Shown piece after piece: positions 8,685-18,373 of a stretch of DNA of 64,000 nt. The notes beneath the pieces were generated by a model. It saw only the letters and a list, made by a program, of their open reading frames with translations. It was not told the origin of the DNA and did no database searches. The stretch is taken from contig CAVWMQ010000010.1 of NCBI GenBank assembly GCA_963756155.1, forward strand, positions 8,102 to 72,101, read 5' to 3'. Position numbers and translations under genes: made by a program. Source of the DNA: an uncultured delta proteobacterium (GTDB lineage Bacteria; Desulfobacterota; Binatia; Binatales; Binataceae). Every line of letters begins with the position of its first letter. Within the stretch, counting starts at the first letter, position 1.

Positions 8685-9713
8685 TCAGCTGAATGTCACT
8701 CCGCGATTTCCGCGCGTCACTTCGCCGACGATATAAGCCGGCTGTCCGCGCCGGCGCAGATGCGCCGCGATGCGATCGGCGTCGCGCGCGGCGACAATCG
8801 CGACCATTCCGATTCCGTTATTGAAGGTTCGGTCCATCTCGGCGCGGCTCACGCGACCGACGCCTTGGATCAATTCGAAGATTGGCGGAACCGGCCAGCT
8901 CCCGCGATGGAACACGGCACCGAGGCCGCTCGGCAGCACGCGCGGCGTATTTTCGACCACGCCGCCGCCGGTTACATTGGCAAGCCCTTTGATCGCGAAG
9001 CGATCGAACAGCTCGACTACGACTTTTGCGTAAATTGTGGTGGGCCGGAGGAGTTCATCGGCCAGCGTGCATCCGAGTTCGGCGATGAAGGCGCGGAGGC
9101 GCAGGTTGCCCTTTTCCAGCAACACGCGGCGCGCGAGCGCGAAACCGTTGGAATGAAGTCCGTTGGACGCGAGCGCGATCAAAACGTCGCCTGCGCGGAT
9201 TTTCGCCGGCGCCGGAATTCGCGCGCGCTCGACGATTCCCACCGCGAAGCCCGCGAGGTCGTACTCGCCCGCGCGATACAGGCCCGGCAGTTGCGCGGTC
9301 TCGCCGCCGACCAGGCTGAGGCCGCCAAGCTCGCATCCGCGCGCGACGCCTTTGACCAGGTCGACCGCCGCGGTTTTTTTGAGCTTGCCGGTGCCGATGT
9401 AATCGAGAAAGAACAGCGGCTTGGCGCCGTGGCAGATGATGTCGTTGACGCACATCGCGACGCAGTCGATTCCGACGGTGTCGTGGCGCCCGGTCGCAAA
9501 CGCAATTTTGAGCTTGGTGCCGACGCTGTCGGTGCCCGCAACCAGCACCGGCGAATGCATCGCCTTGGCGGCATCGAGTCCGATCAGCGCGCCGAAGCCG
9601 CCGATCCCGCCGAGCACGCGCGCGCCCGAGGTCGGCTTCGCAAGCTCGCGAAACAACGGGATCAATTTTTCTTTCAGCGCGATATCGACGCCCGCCGACT
9701 TATAGGTCATCCG
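8685..9713 (-). CDS. purM: phosphoribosylformylglycinamidine cyclo-ligase (AIR synthetase)
   Basis: MTYKSAGVDIALKEKLIPLF… GGFGALIGL…VAGTDSVGTKLKIAF… Conserved PurM motifs are present. The likely start is the internal ATG at about 9713, not the listed alternative start at 9761. Confidence 0.88.
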   Translation of the reverse strand, partial: RMTYKSAGVDIALKEKLIPLFRELAKPTSGARVLGGIGGFGALIGLDAAKAMHSPVLVAGTDSVGTKLKIAFATGRHDTVGIDCVAMCVNDIICHGAKPLFFLDYIGTGKLKKTAAVDLVKGVARGCELGGLSLVGGETAQLPGLYRAGEYDLAGFAVGIVERARIPAPAKIRAGDVLIALASNGLHSNGFALARRVLLEKGNLRLRAFIAELGCTLADELLRPTTIYAKVVVELFDRFAIKGLANVTGGGVVENTPRVLPSGLGAVFHRGSWPVPPIFELIQGVGRVSRAEMDRTFNNGIGMVAIVAARDADRIAAHLRRRGQPAYIVGEVTRGNRGVTFS

Positions 9714-9724
9714 CGCCGCCATGC

Positions 9725-10288
9725 TCAACTCCCGCGCCGCGCGAGCGCCGAGGCGCGCCACGCGTGCGACCCGTCAGGATAGACGGTCAAGCCTTCGCGA
9801 TAGCTGAGCAGCTCGAGCCCGGCGAGCAGGTCGCGCAGCTCGTAGTGCTGCAGCATGAAATCGGGATTGCGCGGATGGCCGGTGGCGGCCTGGTCAATCA
9901 GAAACGTGTCGGCCAACAGGACGCCTCCGCGTTTCAGTCCGCGCGCGAAGGCGGGGAAGAGCGCGCGGTCGAGGTAGTTGATGTTCACGATCACATCATA
10001 TCCACGGTCGGCGATCTGAAAGCTACCAAAGTCGGCGACGACCGGGAACACAGACAGCCGATTCGCGCGCGCAGTGGCCGCGAGCGCTCGCATCGTGTCG
10101 ATCGAATAGTCGGCCGCGACCACGCGGATTCCCGCGCGCGCCATGGGGATCGCGTTGCGGCCGCGTCCCGCCGCGACGTCGAGCGCAAGGCCGCGCGGGA
10201 GCATCGGCAGCATTTCGAGCAGAAACGGCTCGGGATCGCCCGGCGGCTTGTCGCGATTACGCTGGTCCCAGTCCGCGCGTTCGCTCAT
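9725..10288 (-). CDS. class I SAM-dependent methyltransferase (small, ~187 aa)
   Basis: MSERADWDQRNRDKPPGDPEPFLLEMLPMLPRGLALDVAAGRGRNAIPMARAGIRVVAADYS… Shows motif I (LDVAAGRGRN) and motif II. The start ATG overlaps the comF stop (ATGA). Confidence 0.7.
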   Translation of the reverse strand: MSERADWDQRNRDKPPGDPEPFLLEMLPMLPRGLALDVAAGRGRNAIPMARAGIRVVAADYSIDTMRALAATARANRLSVFPVVADFGSFQIADRGYDVIVNINYLDRALFPAFARGLKRGGVLLADTFLIDQAATGHPRNPDFMLQHYELRDLLAGLELLSYREGLTVYPDGSHAWRASALARRGS

Positions 10289-11037
10289 AACACGCGCGCC
10301 AGCGTGAACACGTCGACGCTCTGCGCACCCGCAGCAAGAATCGCGCGCGCGCACGCATCGGCCGTAGCGCCGGTGGTCATGACGTCGTCGACCAGCAGCA
10401 CGCGGCGCGCGGCGATACGCTCGGGATGCTTCACGGCGAATGCGCGATAGACGTTGCGGCGGCGCTCGTCGTGATCGCGCGAGGTCTGCGCCGCGGTCGC
10501 TTTCCGCCGCACCACCGATGCGGTGTCGAGAGGGCGGCCGATGCGCCTGGCGACTTCGCCGGCCAGCAGCGTGGCCTGGTTGAATCCGCGCCACCATAGG
10601 CGGCGCCAATGGAGCGGCATCGGCACGACGACGTCGTAGTCGTCCGCGTGCAGCGGCAGGTCCGCTCCGAGGTACTCGGCGATCGCGCGGCCGACGGACT
10701 GATCGAGCCCGTACTTGTGACGGCGAATGAGGGCGGGCAGGGTGCCCGGCTCGTCCTCCGCGGTGGCGCGATAGCGTGCGATCGAATGCGCATGCGCGAA
10801 GCTCGGCCGGCTGAGAAGGCATCGCGCGCAGACGTCGCGGTCAGAAGTGGTGGACTCGAGCGGACCGCCGCACACGATGCACAGCGGCTCGGGAAGCCGC
10901 TCGAGGCGCGCGAGGCACTCGGCGCACACGCGCCGCCCCTCCTCGAGTCCAAACCGTGCGCCGCAAGCAGCACATCGCGGCGGATACAAAAAGTTGATGA
11001 GATGCCCGAGCACCATTCCAGTCCCAGCCCGAGTCAT
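10285..11037 (-). CDS. ComF family protein (phosphoribosyltransferase domain)
   Basis: N-terminal 4-Cys zinc finger (PPRCAACGARF…CAECL…CIVCGGPL…CARC). C-terminal PRTase motif (VLLVDDVMTTGATADACA). Confidence 0.8.
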   Translation of the reverse strand: MTRAGTGMVLGHLINFLYPPRCAACGARFGLEEGRRVCAECLARLERLPEPLCIVCGGPLESTTSDRDVCARCLLSRPSFAHAHSIARYRATAEDEPGTLPALIRRHKYGLDQSVGRAIAEYLGADLPLHADDYDVVVPMPLHWRRLWWRGFNQATLLAGEVARRIGRPLDTASVVRRKATAAQTSRDHDERRRNVYRAFAVKHPERIAARRVLLVDDVMTTGATADACARAILAAGAQSVDVFTLARVL

Positions 11038-11309
11038 TTGGACGTCGCTGTGGACGACGATCGCCTCCGCACGGCCGTCGGCCGCGCCTTCTGCCCGTGG
11101 AGTTCGGGAACCTCCGCGTCCGGGCCGATGCGCGCGGAGCGTTTCCGCAGGCGGCTGCCGAGCGGTGTCGCCGCGCGTTGCTTAGTCTTAAGGGCCTTGT
11201 GGAGAATCTTGCGCGCTTCCTCCTCCACGGTGCGGCCGTGAAGCTTCGCCCGGCGTCGAAGACGAGCCGCGAGACTTTCTGCGAGGTCTCTGACCACGAG
11301 ATGAGCCAT
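11034..11309 (-). CDS. ribbon-helix-helix (Arc/FitA/VapB-like) DNA-binding protein, orphan antitoxin-like
   Basis: MAHLVVRDLAESLAARLRRRAKLHGRTVEEEARKILHKAL is a typical RHH antitoxin N-terminus. No PIN or other toxin gene is adjacent. The stop overlaps the comF start (ATGA). Confidence 0.6.
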   Translation of the reverse strand: MAHLVVRDLAESLAARLRRRAKLHGRTVEEEARKILHKALKTKQRAATPLGSRLRKRSARIGPDAEVPELHGQKARPTAVRRRSSSTATSK

Positions 11310-11463
11310 TGAGTTTCTCCGATTACTCGATAACGACGCTCATTCTATGAAAAGGATCCGGACACTGAAACCTCACCGAGGTTTCGGCTTCTTTTCGGAA
11401 AACTTGCGCGCTTCGAGGACTAAGACTTGGGTGCGGGGGCTCGCCCCTGCTATAGAGAGAACC

Positions 11464-12678
11464 ATGAGTGCGCCTCTTACCGGAATCAGAATAATCGATT
11501 GGACGATCTGGCAGCAGGGGCCGGTGGCTACCCAGATGCTGGCCGACCTGGGCGCCGAAGTGATCAAGATCGAGGAGCGCGAGCGGGGCGACCCCGGGCG
11601 CGGAATCGTCGCGGTCGCCGGCGGGCCGACCGGGATGAGCGGGCGCAACTTTTACTTCGAGGCCAACAACAAGCACAAGCAGAGCATCGCGCTCGACCTC
11701 AAGCGTCCCGAGGCGCGCGAGATCGTCTACCGGCTGGCCGCCAAGAGTGACGTCTTCGTGCAGAATTTCCGCAAGGGCGTCGCCGCGCGCCTGGGGCTGG
11801 GCTACCCGGCGCTGAAAGCTCACAACCCGATGCTCATCTACGCGAGCTCGTCGGGCTATGGCCCGCAGGGACCGGATAGCGCCGAGCCGTCATTCGACTA
11901 CCTCGGGCAGGCGCGCTCCGGAATCATGAATGCGACCGGAGCCGACAGCGGCGAGCCGATTTATATATACGGCGGAATTGCCGACCAGATGGGCGCGATC
12001 ATGCTGGCCTACGGCGTGCTCGCGGCATTGTTCGCGCGCGAGCGCTTCGGAGTGGGGCAGGAAGTCGACGCCTCGCATCTCGGCTCGATGATCGCGCTGC
12101 AGGGACTCAACCTCGCGGCGCGAACTTTCATGGGCAAGGAGATGGCGCGGAACAAGCGCGCCAATGCCTTCAACCCGCTGTGGAACCATTATCGATGCGG
12201 CGACGGCAAATGGATCTGCCTCGGGATGCTGCAGCCGGACCGCTACTGGAAGGATTTCTGCACCGCCATCGGACGCCCGGATCTGATCGATGACGCGCGC
12301 TTCAGTGAGATGAGAACGCGCGGCAAACACGCCGTCGAGCTGATCGAGATCCTCGATGGCGTGTTCGCAACCAAGCCGCGCGACGATTGGATGCGCATCC
12401 TCAAGGCCGGCGGCGATTTTATTTTCACTATCGTGAACGCGGTCAACGACCTCCCCGACGACCCGCAGGTGATGGCCAACGAATACCTGGTCAGCCACGA
12501 GATTCCCGGCCTCGGCGCGACCCGCATGATCGGGATGCCGGTGAAGCTCAGCCAGACGCCCGGCGAGCCGCGCGGCCACGCGCCGGAACTGGGCGAGCAT
12601 ACCGAGACGCTGATGACCGAATTGCTCGGCTATAGCTGGGAGGATGTCGCGCGCCTGAAGGAAGCCAATGTGATCTGA
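11464..12678 (+). CDS. CoA-transferase family III (CaiB/BaiF) protein
   Basis: MSAPLTGIRIIDWTIWQQGPVATQMLADLGAEVIKIE…NKHKQSIALDLK… matches the family III CoA-transferase signature. The start is the internal ATG at 11464. Confidence 0.85.
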   Translation: MSAPLTGIRIIDWTIWQQGPVATQMLADLGAEVIKIEERERGDPGRGIVAVAGGPTGMSGRNFYFEANNKHKQSIALDLKRPEAREIVYRLAAKSDVFVQNFRKGVAARLGLGYPALKAHNPMLIYASSSGYGPQGPDSAEPSFDYLGQARSGIMNATGADSGEPIYIYGGIADQMGAIMLAYGVLAALFARERFGVGQEVDASHLGSMIALQGLNLAARTFMGKEMARNKRANAFNPLWNHYRCGDGKWICLGMLQPDRYWKDFCTAIGRPDLIDDARFSEMRTRGKHAVELIEILDGVFATKPRDDWMRILKAGGDFIFTIVNAVNDLPDDPQVMANEYLVSHEIPGLGATRMIGMPVKLSQTPGEPRGHAPELGEHTETLMTELLGYSWEDVARLKEANVI

Positions 12679-12721
12679 GCGCCGGCCCGACGCGGCGAAG
12701 CTGCCCTCGGAGGACAAAGTC

Positions 12722-13135
12722 ATGGCGAATATCGGTGGAACACTGGAAGACCGCGAAGAGATCCGCGAACTGTACTCGCGCTATGCGCTCGCGATCGACA
12801 ACGGCCAATACGACGCCTGGGTCGATTGCTTCACCGAGGACGGCGTCTTCGAGAGCTCGCGTTTCGGGAAGCATACCGGCGTGCAAGGGCTCAAGCGCTT
12901 CACCGCGATCTACCGTGAATCGCTCGGCGGCGCGCAGGTGCGTCACGTGATCAACAATCTCACTTTTCAGATCGAAGGCGACAGCGCCATCGGCAATTGC
13001 TACCTGCTGTACTACCACTGCAAGGCCTTGAAGGTGCAGCAAATGTCGGTGGGGCAGTATCGCGACAAATTGCGCAAAGCCAACGGCAAGTGGCTCTTCG
13101 AAAGCCGCCAGGTAGCCCTCGACGGCAGCCGCTGA
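12722..13135 (+). CDS. nuclear transport factor 2 / SnoaL-like fold protein
   Basis: 137 aa: …IRELYSRYALAIDNGQYDAWVDCFTEDGVFES… matches the NTF2-like superfamily pattern. Confidence 0.6.
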   Translation: MANIGGTLEDREEIRELYSRYALAIDNGQYDAWVDCFTEDGVFESSRFGKHTGVQGLKRFTAIYRESLGGAQVRHVINNLTFQIEGDSAIGNCYLLYYHCKALKVQQMSVGQYRDKLRKANGKWLFESRQVALDGSR

Positions 13136-13342
13136 GAGCAGGACTGCCCGGGATCGAAGGACCGCGCTGTCACGTCCCACTGGTAGTGCTCTACCTCGGG
13201 TATGCTGAATCGATGGCACGTGTGTTACTCGATGAGGACTCAGCTTCGCCTCGCACCGCCACCGCCCACGCCGATGCTTTCCTCTTTTCTGTGACGGTAT
13301 CCCAAGCTACGTTACGGGGAACCTGTACGGAAGCGTGAGGGA

Positions 13343-13888
13343 ATGGGGAAGCTCGTCTTCGGAATGATGCAGTCGCTCGACGGCTACGTCGACGACGCGG
13401 CGGGCGGGCTGCAATTGCCGCCGCCCGGTGCTGCGCTCCATCGTCACTTCAACGACCAAGTCCGTGGCTTGGCCGGCATTCTATACGGTCGTCGCATGTA
13501 CGAGGTGATGCGCTACTGGGACGAGGATCGGCCGGAGTGGGGCGCGCTCGAGCATGAGTTCGCGGCGGCGTGGCGGGCGCAGCCGAAATGGGTTGTGTCA
13601 CGCACGCTGAAGTCGGTTGGCGCCAACGCCACGCTGGTCGGTGACGACGTCGAAGCGTTCGTGCGCAGGCTGAAGGCCGAAGTCAAGGGCGACATCGACG
13701 TTGCCGGGCCCGATTTGGCGGGATGCCTAACCGACCTCGGCCTTATCGACGAGTATCGTCTCTACTTCCGCCCGTTCGTGCTTGGGCGCGGCAAGCCGTA
13801 CTTCGCCGGGGCCCGGCCACCGCTCCGCCTTGTCGCCACCGATTCCGTTGGCGAGGACGCGGTCAGGCTAACGTTCGTCCCTGCCTGA
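13343..13888 (+). CDS. dihydrofolate reductase family protein (RibD C-terminal domain-like)
   Basis: MGKLVFGMMQSLDGYVDD…EYRLYFRPFVLGRGKPYFAG… matches the RibD_C/YwjB-type pattern. Confidence 0.7.
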   Translation: MGKLVFGMMQSLDGYVDDAAGGLQLPPPGAALHRHFNDQVRGLAGILYGRRMYEVMRYWDEDRPEWGALEHEFAAAWRAQPKWVVSRTLKSVGANATLVGDDVEAFVRRLKAEVKGDIDVAGPDLAGCLTDLGLIDEYRLYFRPFVLGRGKPYFAGARPPLRLVATDSVGEDAVRLTFVPA

Positions 13889-14267
13889 TCGCGCTAGCCC
13901 ACTGGCCCGGTACACTCGGCCCAGCTCTGCCGCCGCGGCCCTCACCGGATGCTTGCTCTTTGGCGAAGTGTCACGCACATCGAACCGGTCACCAGGAGAC
14001 GGTCGGAATGTTCCCATTTCGGGTTCAAGCCTTCTACCGCAATCGACAAGTACCGAGGCTGACGAGCGCTGAGGCTGAGTCTGGAATTGAGAGAGATTCA
14101 GCGGTGGCCGTAATCCAAGCCGGACTCTCGCCTCGCAGTTGGCGAGAATGGTGATGCGCCGCGCACCAATCCGTCCGATCGCATCCTAGCTGAAACGGGT
14201 TCAGGCCATCAAATATAGGGGCGATCAGGTTGAGATCGCCTCATTTTTTTGTTCCGCTAAAGAACCT

Positions 14268-14310
14268 CTGAAAAAGGAAACGGGCGCAGGATCCGATTCC
14301 TGCGCCCGTT
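14268..14310 (-). terminator. rho-independent terminator downstream of the TolC-family gene
   Basis: On the minus strand the hairpin cgggcgcagg-aatcgga-tcctgcgcccg is followed by a U-rich tract (ttcctttttc). It lies about 25 nt after the tolC stop. Confidence 0.7.
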
Positions 14311-14333
14311 CGTTTCTCGTCATTTAATCGCGA

Positions 14334-16277
14334 TCAGAAGGCCGCGTACCACGGCACCTCGTGCGGATCCTGCACCTGGAAGTTGATCTGATATTGCTGC
14401 AGCAGCGTGCCGTCGGCGTGGTACAGCGCGAGCTTCGCGTTCTCGAGGTCGGTCTCCGCCTGGACCTCGTTGCCCTCGGCGCTCACCTGCTCCTCCTGGA
14501 ACTGCAGCAGGTCATGCGTGGTCGCCATTCCGACCCGGAACCGCACCTGCTCGTCGTGCAGTGACTGGCGCGCATAGTAGGTCGCCGACGCGGTCGCCTG
14601 TGCGCGCTTGTAGTCTGCGTACAGATTCGCAAGCCCGCTCTGCACATCGACCACCGCCTGCGACAGCGCAGCGCGATAAGTCAACCGCGACTGCTCGTAG
14701 CTCACGCGAGCCTGCGCCAATGCCGCGCGCGCGACCGCATTGTCCAACGGCATCGAGAACGTGATCACTGCGGCATAGCTGTAGAAGCCGAACGACCACA
14801 TCCGGTCCAGCGCGTTGCCATAGATTCCGTTGAAGGGAAGCCGGTTACCGGAGTTCATTGGGGGTATCGGGTCAGCGATAGAGGGCTTTGGCGTGCAATT
14901 GCCCGAATCTATGGTCGGCGTACCGAGGCTGGGGGTGCATAACGTCTTGCCGGCGGTGGAAGTAAGTCCAATCTGCGCGCCGATATTGAGCTGCGGCAGC
15001 ACCTGGTTCTCCGCAAAATGGACCTGCAGCAGCGAGTTGCGGATCGACTCGCGCAATCCGCCCAGCGACGGCCGATACTGCACCGCGAGCTCCAGCGCGC
15101 GCTCATGATCGATCACGATCTGTTCCTGCGGATTCGGCCGCGTGATCGGCTCGATCTCTTCGGGCAGGAAGGTGTCCTGCGGATTGAGCATCACGTCCTG
15201 GCGGAGCTGAGCCCGCGAGCTGCGCAGATTGGCCTCGGCGGTGTAGACGTTGGCCTCCGAGGTGGCCTCGGCGGATTGCGCCTCCTGCAGGTCGATCGGG
15301 GCCAGGGTGCCGACCTTTACCGAGATCGCGTTCTGCCGCACCAGGTCCTGGTTGAAGCGCAGCGCGGCGCGCGCGACCTCGAGGTTCTCTTCCGCCAGCA
15401 CCACCGCCCAATATTCGTTGCCGATTCGCTGCACGAAATCCTGCAGCGACTGGCCATAGTTCCACTGCGACTCCATCTGACCGGACTCCGCGATCTCCAC
15501 ATTGATAGTCGCGAACTTCCATCCGAAGTTCTGCAGCAGCGGCTGCGAAACCGACAGCGCCAGCGTCGGGTTGTATGACGGGTTGACCGAGGCGAACGCC
15601 GAGTTCGAGAACGACCGCTCGTTGTCGAAGATGACTCCCCAGGTGCCGTTGGTAAGAGCCGACACCTTGTTGATCCCGAAGTTCCAGTCGTAAAGCTTCT
15701 GCGTGAACGCGTCGGAACCGCCGGTCTGCAGGACCGAGGTGGTCGGCGCGGTGCTCTTTATTTCATCGATCTGTGAGGTCAGGTTCGGATCGAAACTGCC
15801 GTTGGCCTCCCGGATCGTCTCGACTGCCCCGACCGGAGTGAGTTCCGCTGCCTTGAGCGAGGGGTTGTTGCGCAGCGCGATGAAGATGGCCTCTTTGAGG
15901 GTCAGTCCGCGCGCGGCCGTGTCGGTGGAGCGCATGTAGCGCTCGCTGATCAGGTTCTCGGGCGGATATTCCCTGGTGAATGACCATTGATGCCCGAGGA
16001 TTCGCGGCAGCGAGAGGATGTCGTCGTGATGCTCGAACTGGTTGGCCGACGAGTTGGGCGTCACCACTTCCGGCGGAGTCTGCGGCTCGATGGGAATGGC
16101 CTGCAGCCGAATCGGGCCGCTGGTCGCCGGAGGAGTCGTCTTCTGATTGGGAGCGCCCTCGACCTTGAGCGAACCGGGTGGCGGCCATCCGGCATCCTGC
16201 GCCAATCCCGCCTGCGTGGCCGCGACCAGGAGCGCGCCGGCGCATATCGCCACAAAAATGATTTTATTCCGGAACAT
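14334..16277 (-). CDS. TolC family outer membrane efflux protein
   Basis: Signal peptide MFRNKIIFVAICAGALLVAATQAGLA (ATG at about 16277). Duplicated OEP repeats (…TLKEAIFIALRNNPSLKAAEL… / …LHDEQVRFRVGMATTHDLLQFQEEQ…). About 645 aa including an inserted Cys-containing loop. Confidence 0.85.
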   Translation of the reverse strand: MFRNKIIFVAICAGALLVAATQAGLAQDAGWPPPGSLKVEGAPNQKTTPPATSGPIRLQAIPIEPQTPPEVVTPNSSANQFEHHDDILSLPRILGHQWSFTREYPPENLISERYMRSTDTAARGLTLKEAIFIALRNNPSLKAAELTPVGAVETIREANGSFDPNLTSQIDEIKSTAPTTSVLQTGGSDAFTQKLYDWNFGINKVSALTNGTWGVIFDNERSFSNSAFASVNPSYNPTLALSVSQPLLQNFGWKFATINVEIAESGQMESQWNYGQSLQDFVQRIGNEYWAVVLAEENLEVARAALRFNQDLVRQNAISVKVGTLAPIDLQEAQSAEATSEANVYTAEANLRSSRAQLRQDVMLNPQDTFLPEEIEPITRPNPQEQIVIDHERALELAVQYRPSLGGLRESIRNSLLQVHFAENQVLPQLNIGAQIGLTSTAGKTLCTPSLGTPTIDSGNCTPKPSIADPIPPMNSGNRLPFNGIYGNALDRMWSFGFYSYAAVITFSMPLDNAVARAALAQARVSYEQSRLTYRAALSQAVVDVQSGLANLYADYKRAQATASATYYARQSLHDEQVRFRVGMATTHDLLQFQEEQVSAEGNEVQAETDLENAKLALYHADGTLLQQYQINFQVQDPHEVPWYAAF

Positions 16278-16533
16278 CTCGACAAATCCTCCTTGTCGTC
16301 GTGCCACTTGATGGGGTGGGACTTCGCCGACAAACTCAAACGGCAATCAGATCCAATACGAACCCGAAAGCGCAGCCGATTCACCTATATCGCAGAAACC
16401 ATGAAGCTAAGGCTATCCTCGTTGCGCACAGGCGCTTGCGCCGCGCCAATTTGGCCGCGATTATAGCCAAGGCTCTCGGGCTTGTCGCGAGACCGGGACA
16501 GCGTAGATGGTCATCGACAAATTGGGAGTGGAG

Positions 16534-17166
16534 ATGCGCTCAGCCAGACTGTTAATCGCGGTTTTCATCGCGACCCCGCTGTTCATGCTCGGGATCTGCG
16601 AGCTCGGACTGCCGTCGTCAATCGCGCGCGCGCAAATCGGCGGCGCGCCCGGCGCGCCGGTCGCGCCAAATCCGCCGCCGAGCGCGATCGCGCCTCCTGC
16701 GGTAGGCGCGCCGTCTCTGCTCGGGTTGCCGCCCGCACCGCCAGGGGCGCCTGCGGCATTCGCCACTCCCGCGGCAATCCCGCAGCTCAATCCCGCGCCC
16801 GCGGCGCCGTTGGCATCACTGGAGGTCGGGGCGCCGACCCCGCGCGTGTTCAGTTGCTCATGCGGCGGGCCGGGATTTCCCACCCAGTGGGTTGGCAACG
16901 TCAGCTCGACGAGTTTCCTGTTGGCCTCGCAGGCGGCCAGCAGCGCGTGCACCGCGTACAAGACCAACGCTCATGCGGCGTCGCCGTACATTACGCCGCC
17001 GTCGTTCGGATTTACGACGCCACCGTCGGCGCCTACCAGTCCTTACCTGGTCGGCAATGCGATCCCATTCACCAGCTCGATAGGATTGCAGCCCGGGGCG
17101 ACGCAACCGAAACGGATCAACAGCCTGCTGACAACCGAAAACTGCTCGCGATGCGCTTGCGACTAG
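16534..17166 (+). CDS. secreted proline-rich protein with Cys-rich C-terminal part, unknown function
   Basis: Signal peptide MRSARLLIAVFIATPLFMLGICELGLPSSIARA. Long PAPxxP-rich region followed by a Cys-containing C-terminus (…SCSCGGPGFP…CSRCACD). The stop shares CTAG with the convergent RluA gene. Confidence 0.5.
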   Translation: MRSARLLIAVFIATPLFMLGICELGLPSSIARAQIGGAPGAPVAPNPPPSAIAPPAVGAPSLLGLPPAPPGAPAAFATPAAIPQLNPAPAAPLASLEVGAPTPRVFSCSCGGPGFPTQWVGNVSSTSFLLASQAASSACTAYKTNAHAASPYITPPSFGFTTPPSAPTSPYLVGNAIPFTSSIGLQPGATQPKRINSLLTTENCSRCACD

Positions 17167-18120
17167 CGCGCGGCGTCGATTAACCCGGCAAGCTCGGGCT
17201 TGAGCGGCGCGCTCACGGTGATCGAGCCGCGCGCTGGTGATTCGAAACCGATCTCGCTCAGATGCAGCCAGAAGCGGCCCTCCGGCAGGCTCGCCACCGC
17301 CGGTCCGCCATAGAGCGTGTCGCCGACCAGCGGAAATCCGGCGTCGGCCAGATGTACGCGAATCTGATGGCGGCTGCCGGTCCGCGGCGCGACCGACACC
17401 AGCGTGTACGGCCCCGCGCGCCGAACCGGCTCGACGATCGTGACCGCGCGCCGTCCCGCGCGGCTGGGCGTGCTCGCGCCCGCATCGCCGATCGTCATCT
17501 TGCGCGGGTTCTTCGCGTGATGCGCGATCGGCGCGATGAGTTCGAGCGTGTGATCGAGATGGCCGGCTACCAGCGCATTGTAGCGTCGTATCACGCGGCC
17601 CGAGCGAACCGCCTCGCGCAGTTTCAAAAATGAATCGGAAGTGCGCGCGACGATCAACGCGCCTGACGTACCGTTGTCAAGGCGATGCACCAGCCCGCCC
17701 TCCAGCGGCTTGTCGCCCGCGCGCGCGGTCTCCGGAAAGCGCGCGACGATCGCGTTCATCACCGTATCGCGCTCCTCGGGGCGCAGCGGATGACACGGCA
17801 TCAGCCCCGGCTTGTTGACGACCAGCACCGCGTCGTCGTCGTAGAGCAGGTCGATAGATGGAACGAGGCCGGGATTCGGAACGATCGCGATCGATGACGA
17901 GTCAGATGACGGCGCGCCCGACGATCCGTCAACTTCGATGCGATCGTCGCGGCGCACCAGGTCGCCTTTGCGCGAACGCCGTCCGTTGATTCGCACCAGC
18001 CCACGCTCGACCAGTTCGCTCGCGGCGCGCCGCGACCTGGCCAGTCCGGTACGCACCAGGTAACGATCGAGCCGCTCGGTGGATGTGGATTCGGATTCCA
18101 CGCGCTGATCGCGCCGGACA
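17163..18120 (-). CDS. RluA family pseudouridine synthase (S4 + PseudoU_synth_2)
   Basis: …ERLDRYLVRTGLARSRRAASELVERGLVRING (S4 domain)… LLYDDDAVLVVNKPGLMPCHP…HRLDNGTSGALIVA (catalytic Asp motif). The true start is probably a GTG near 18.1 kb, so the 5' end coordinate is approximate. Confidence 0.75.
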
Positions 18121-18373
18121 ATTATTTTTTTGCCGTCGCGGCGGGAGCCGCTGCGGGAGGTGCGCCGGTGCGTGGATAAATCGCGGATTGCAGGTACGCC
18201 GCGTAATACAGGATCGCAATGACGATCGCCGCGGTGAGCACGTCTCCGAAGCCGAGCCGGATAGCACCGCGCTCGGACCTGAAGCGACGCAACAGCCTCG
18301 TCATCCACCGCCGCGCATTTTTTGTCGCGCTGCTCACCCGCATCCGATCGCTCCTGCGAATCTCCCGCACAGA

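Noticed and set aside
13723-14154. 143-aa ORF downstream of the DHFR-family gene
   Set aside because: It has an Arg/Pro/Ala-rich artefact composition. It overlaps the 3' end of the DHFR-family gene out of frame and has no motif support.
16461-17183. Overlapping alternative-frame ORFs (16461..16967 minus, 16482..17183 plus) over the Pro-rich protein gene
   Set aside because: They are out-of-frame shadows of the signal-peptide-bearing ORF 16534..17166, created by the repetitive GC-rich Pro/Ala codons.
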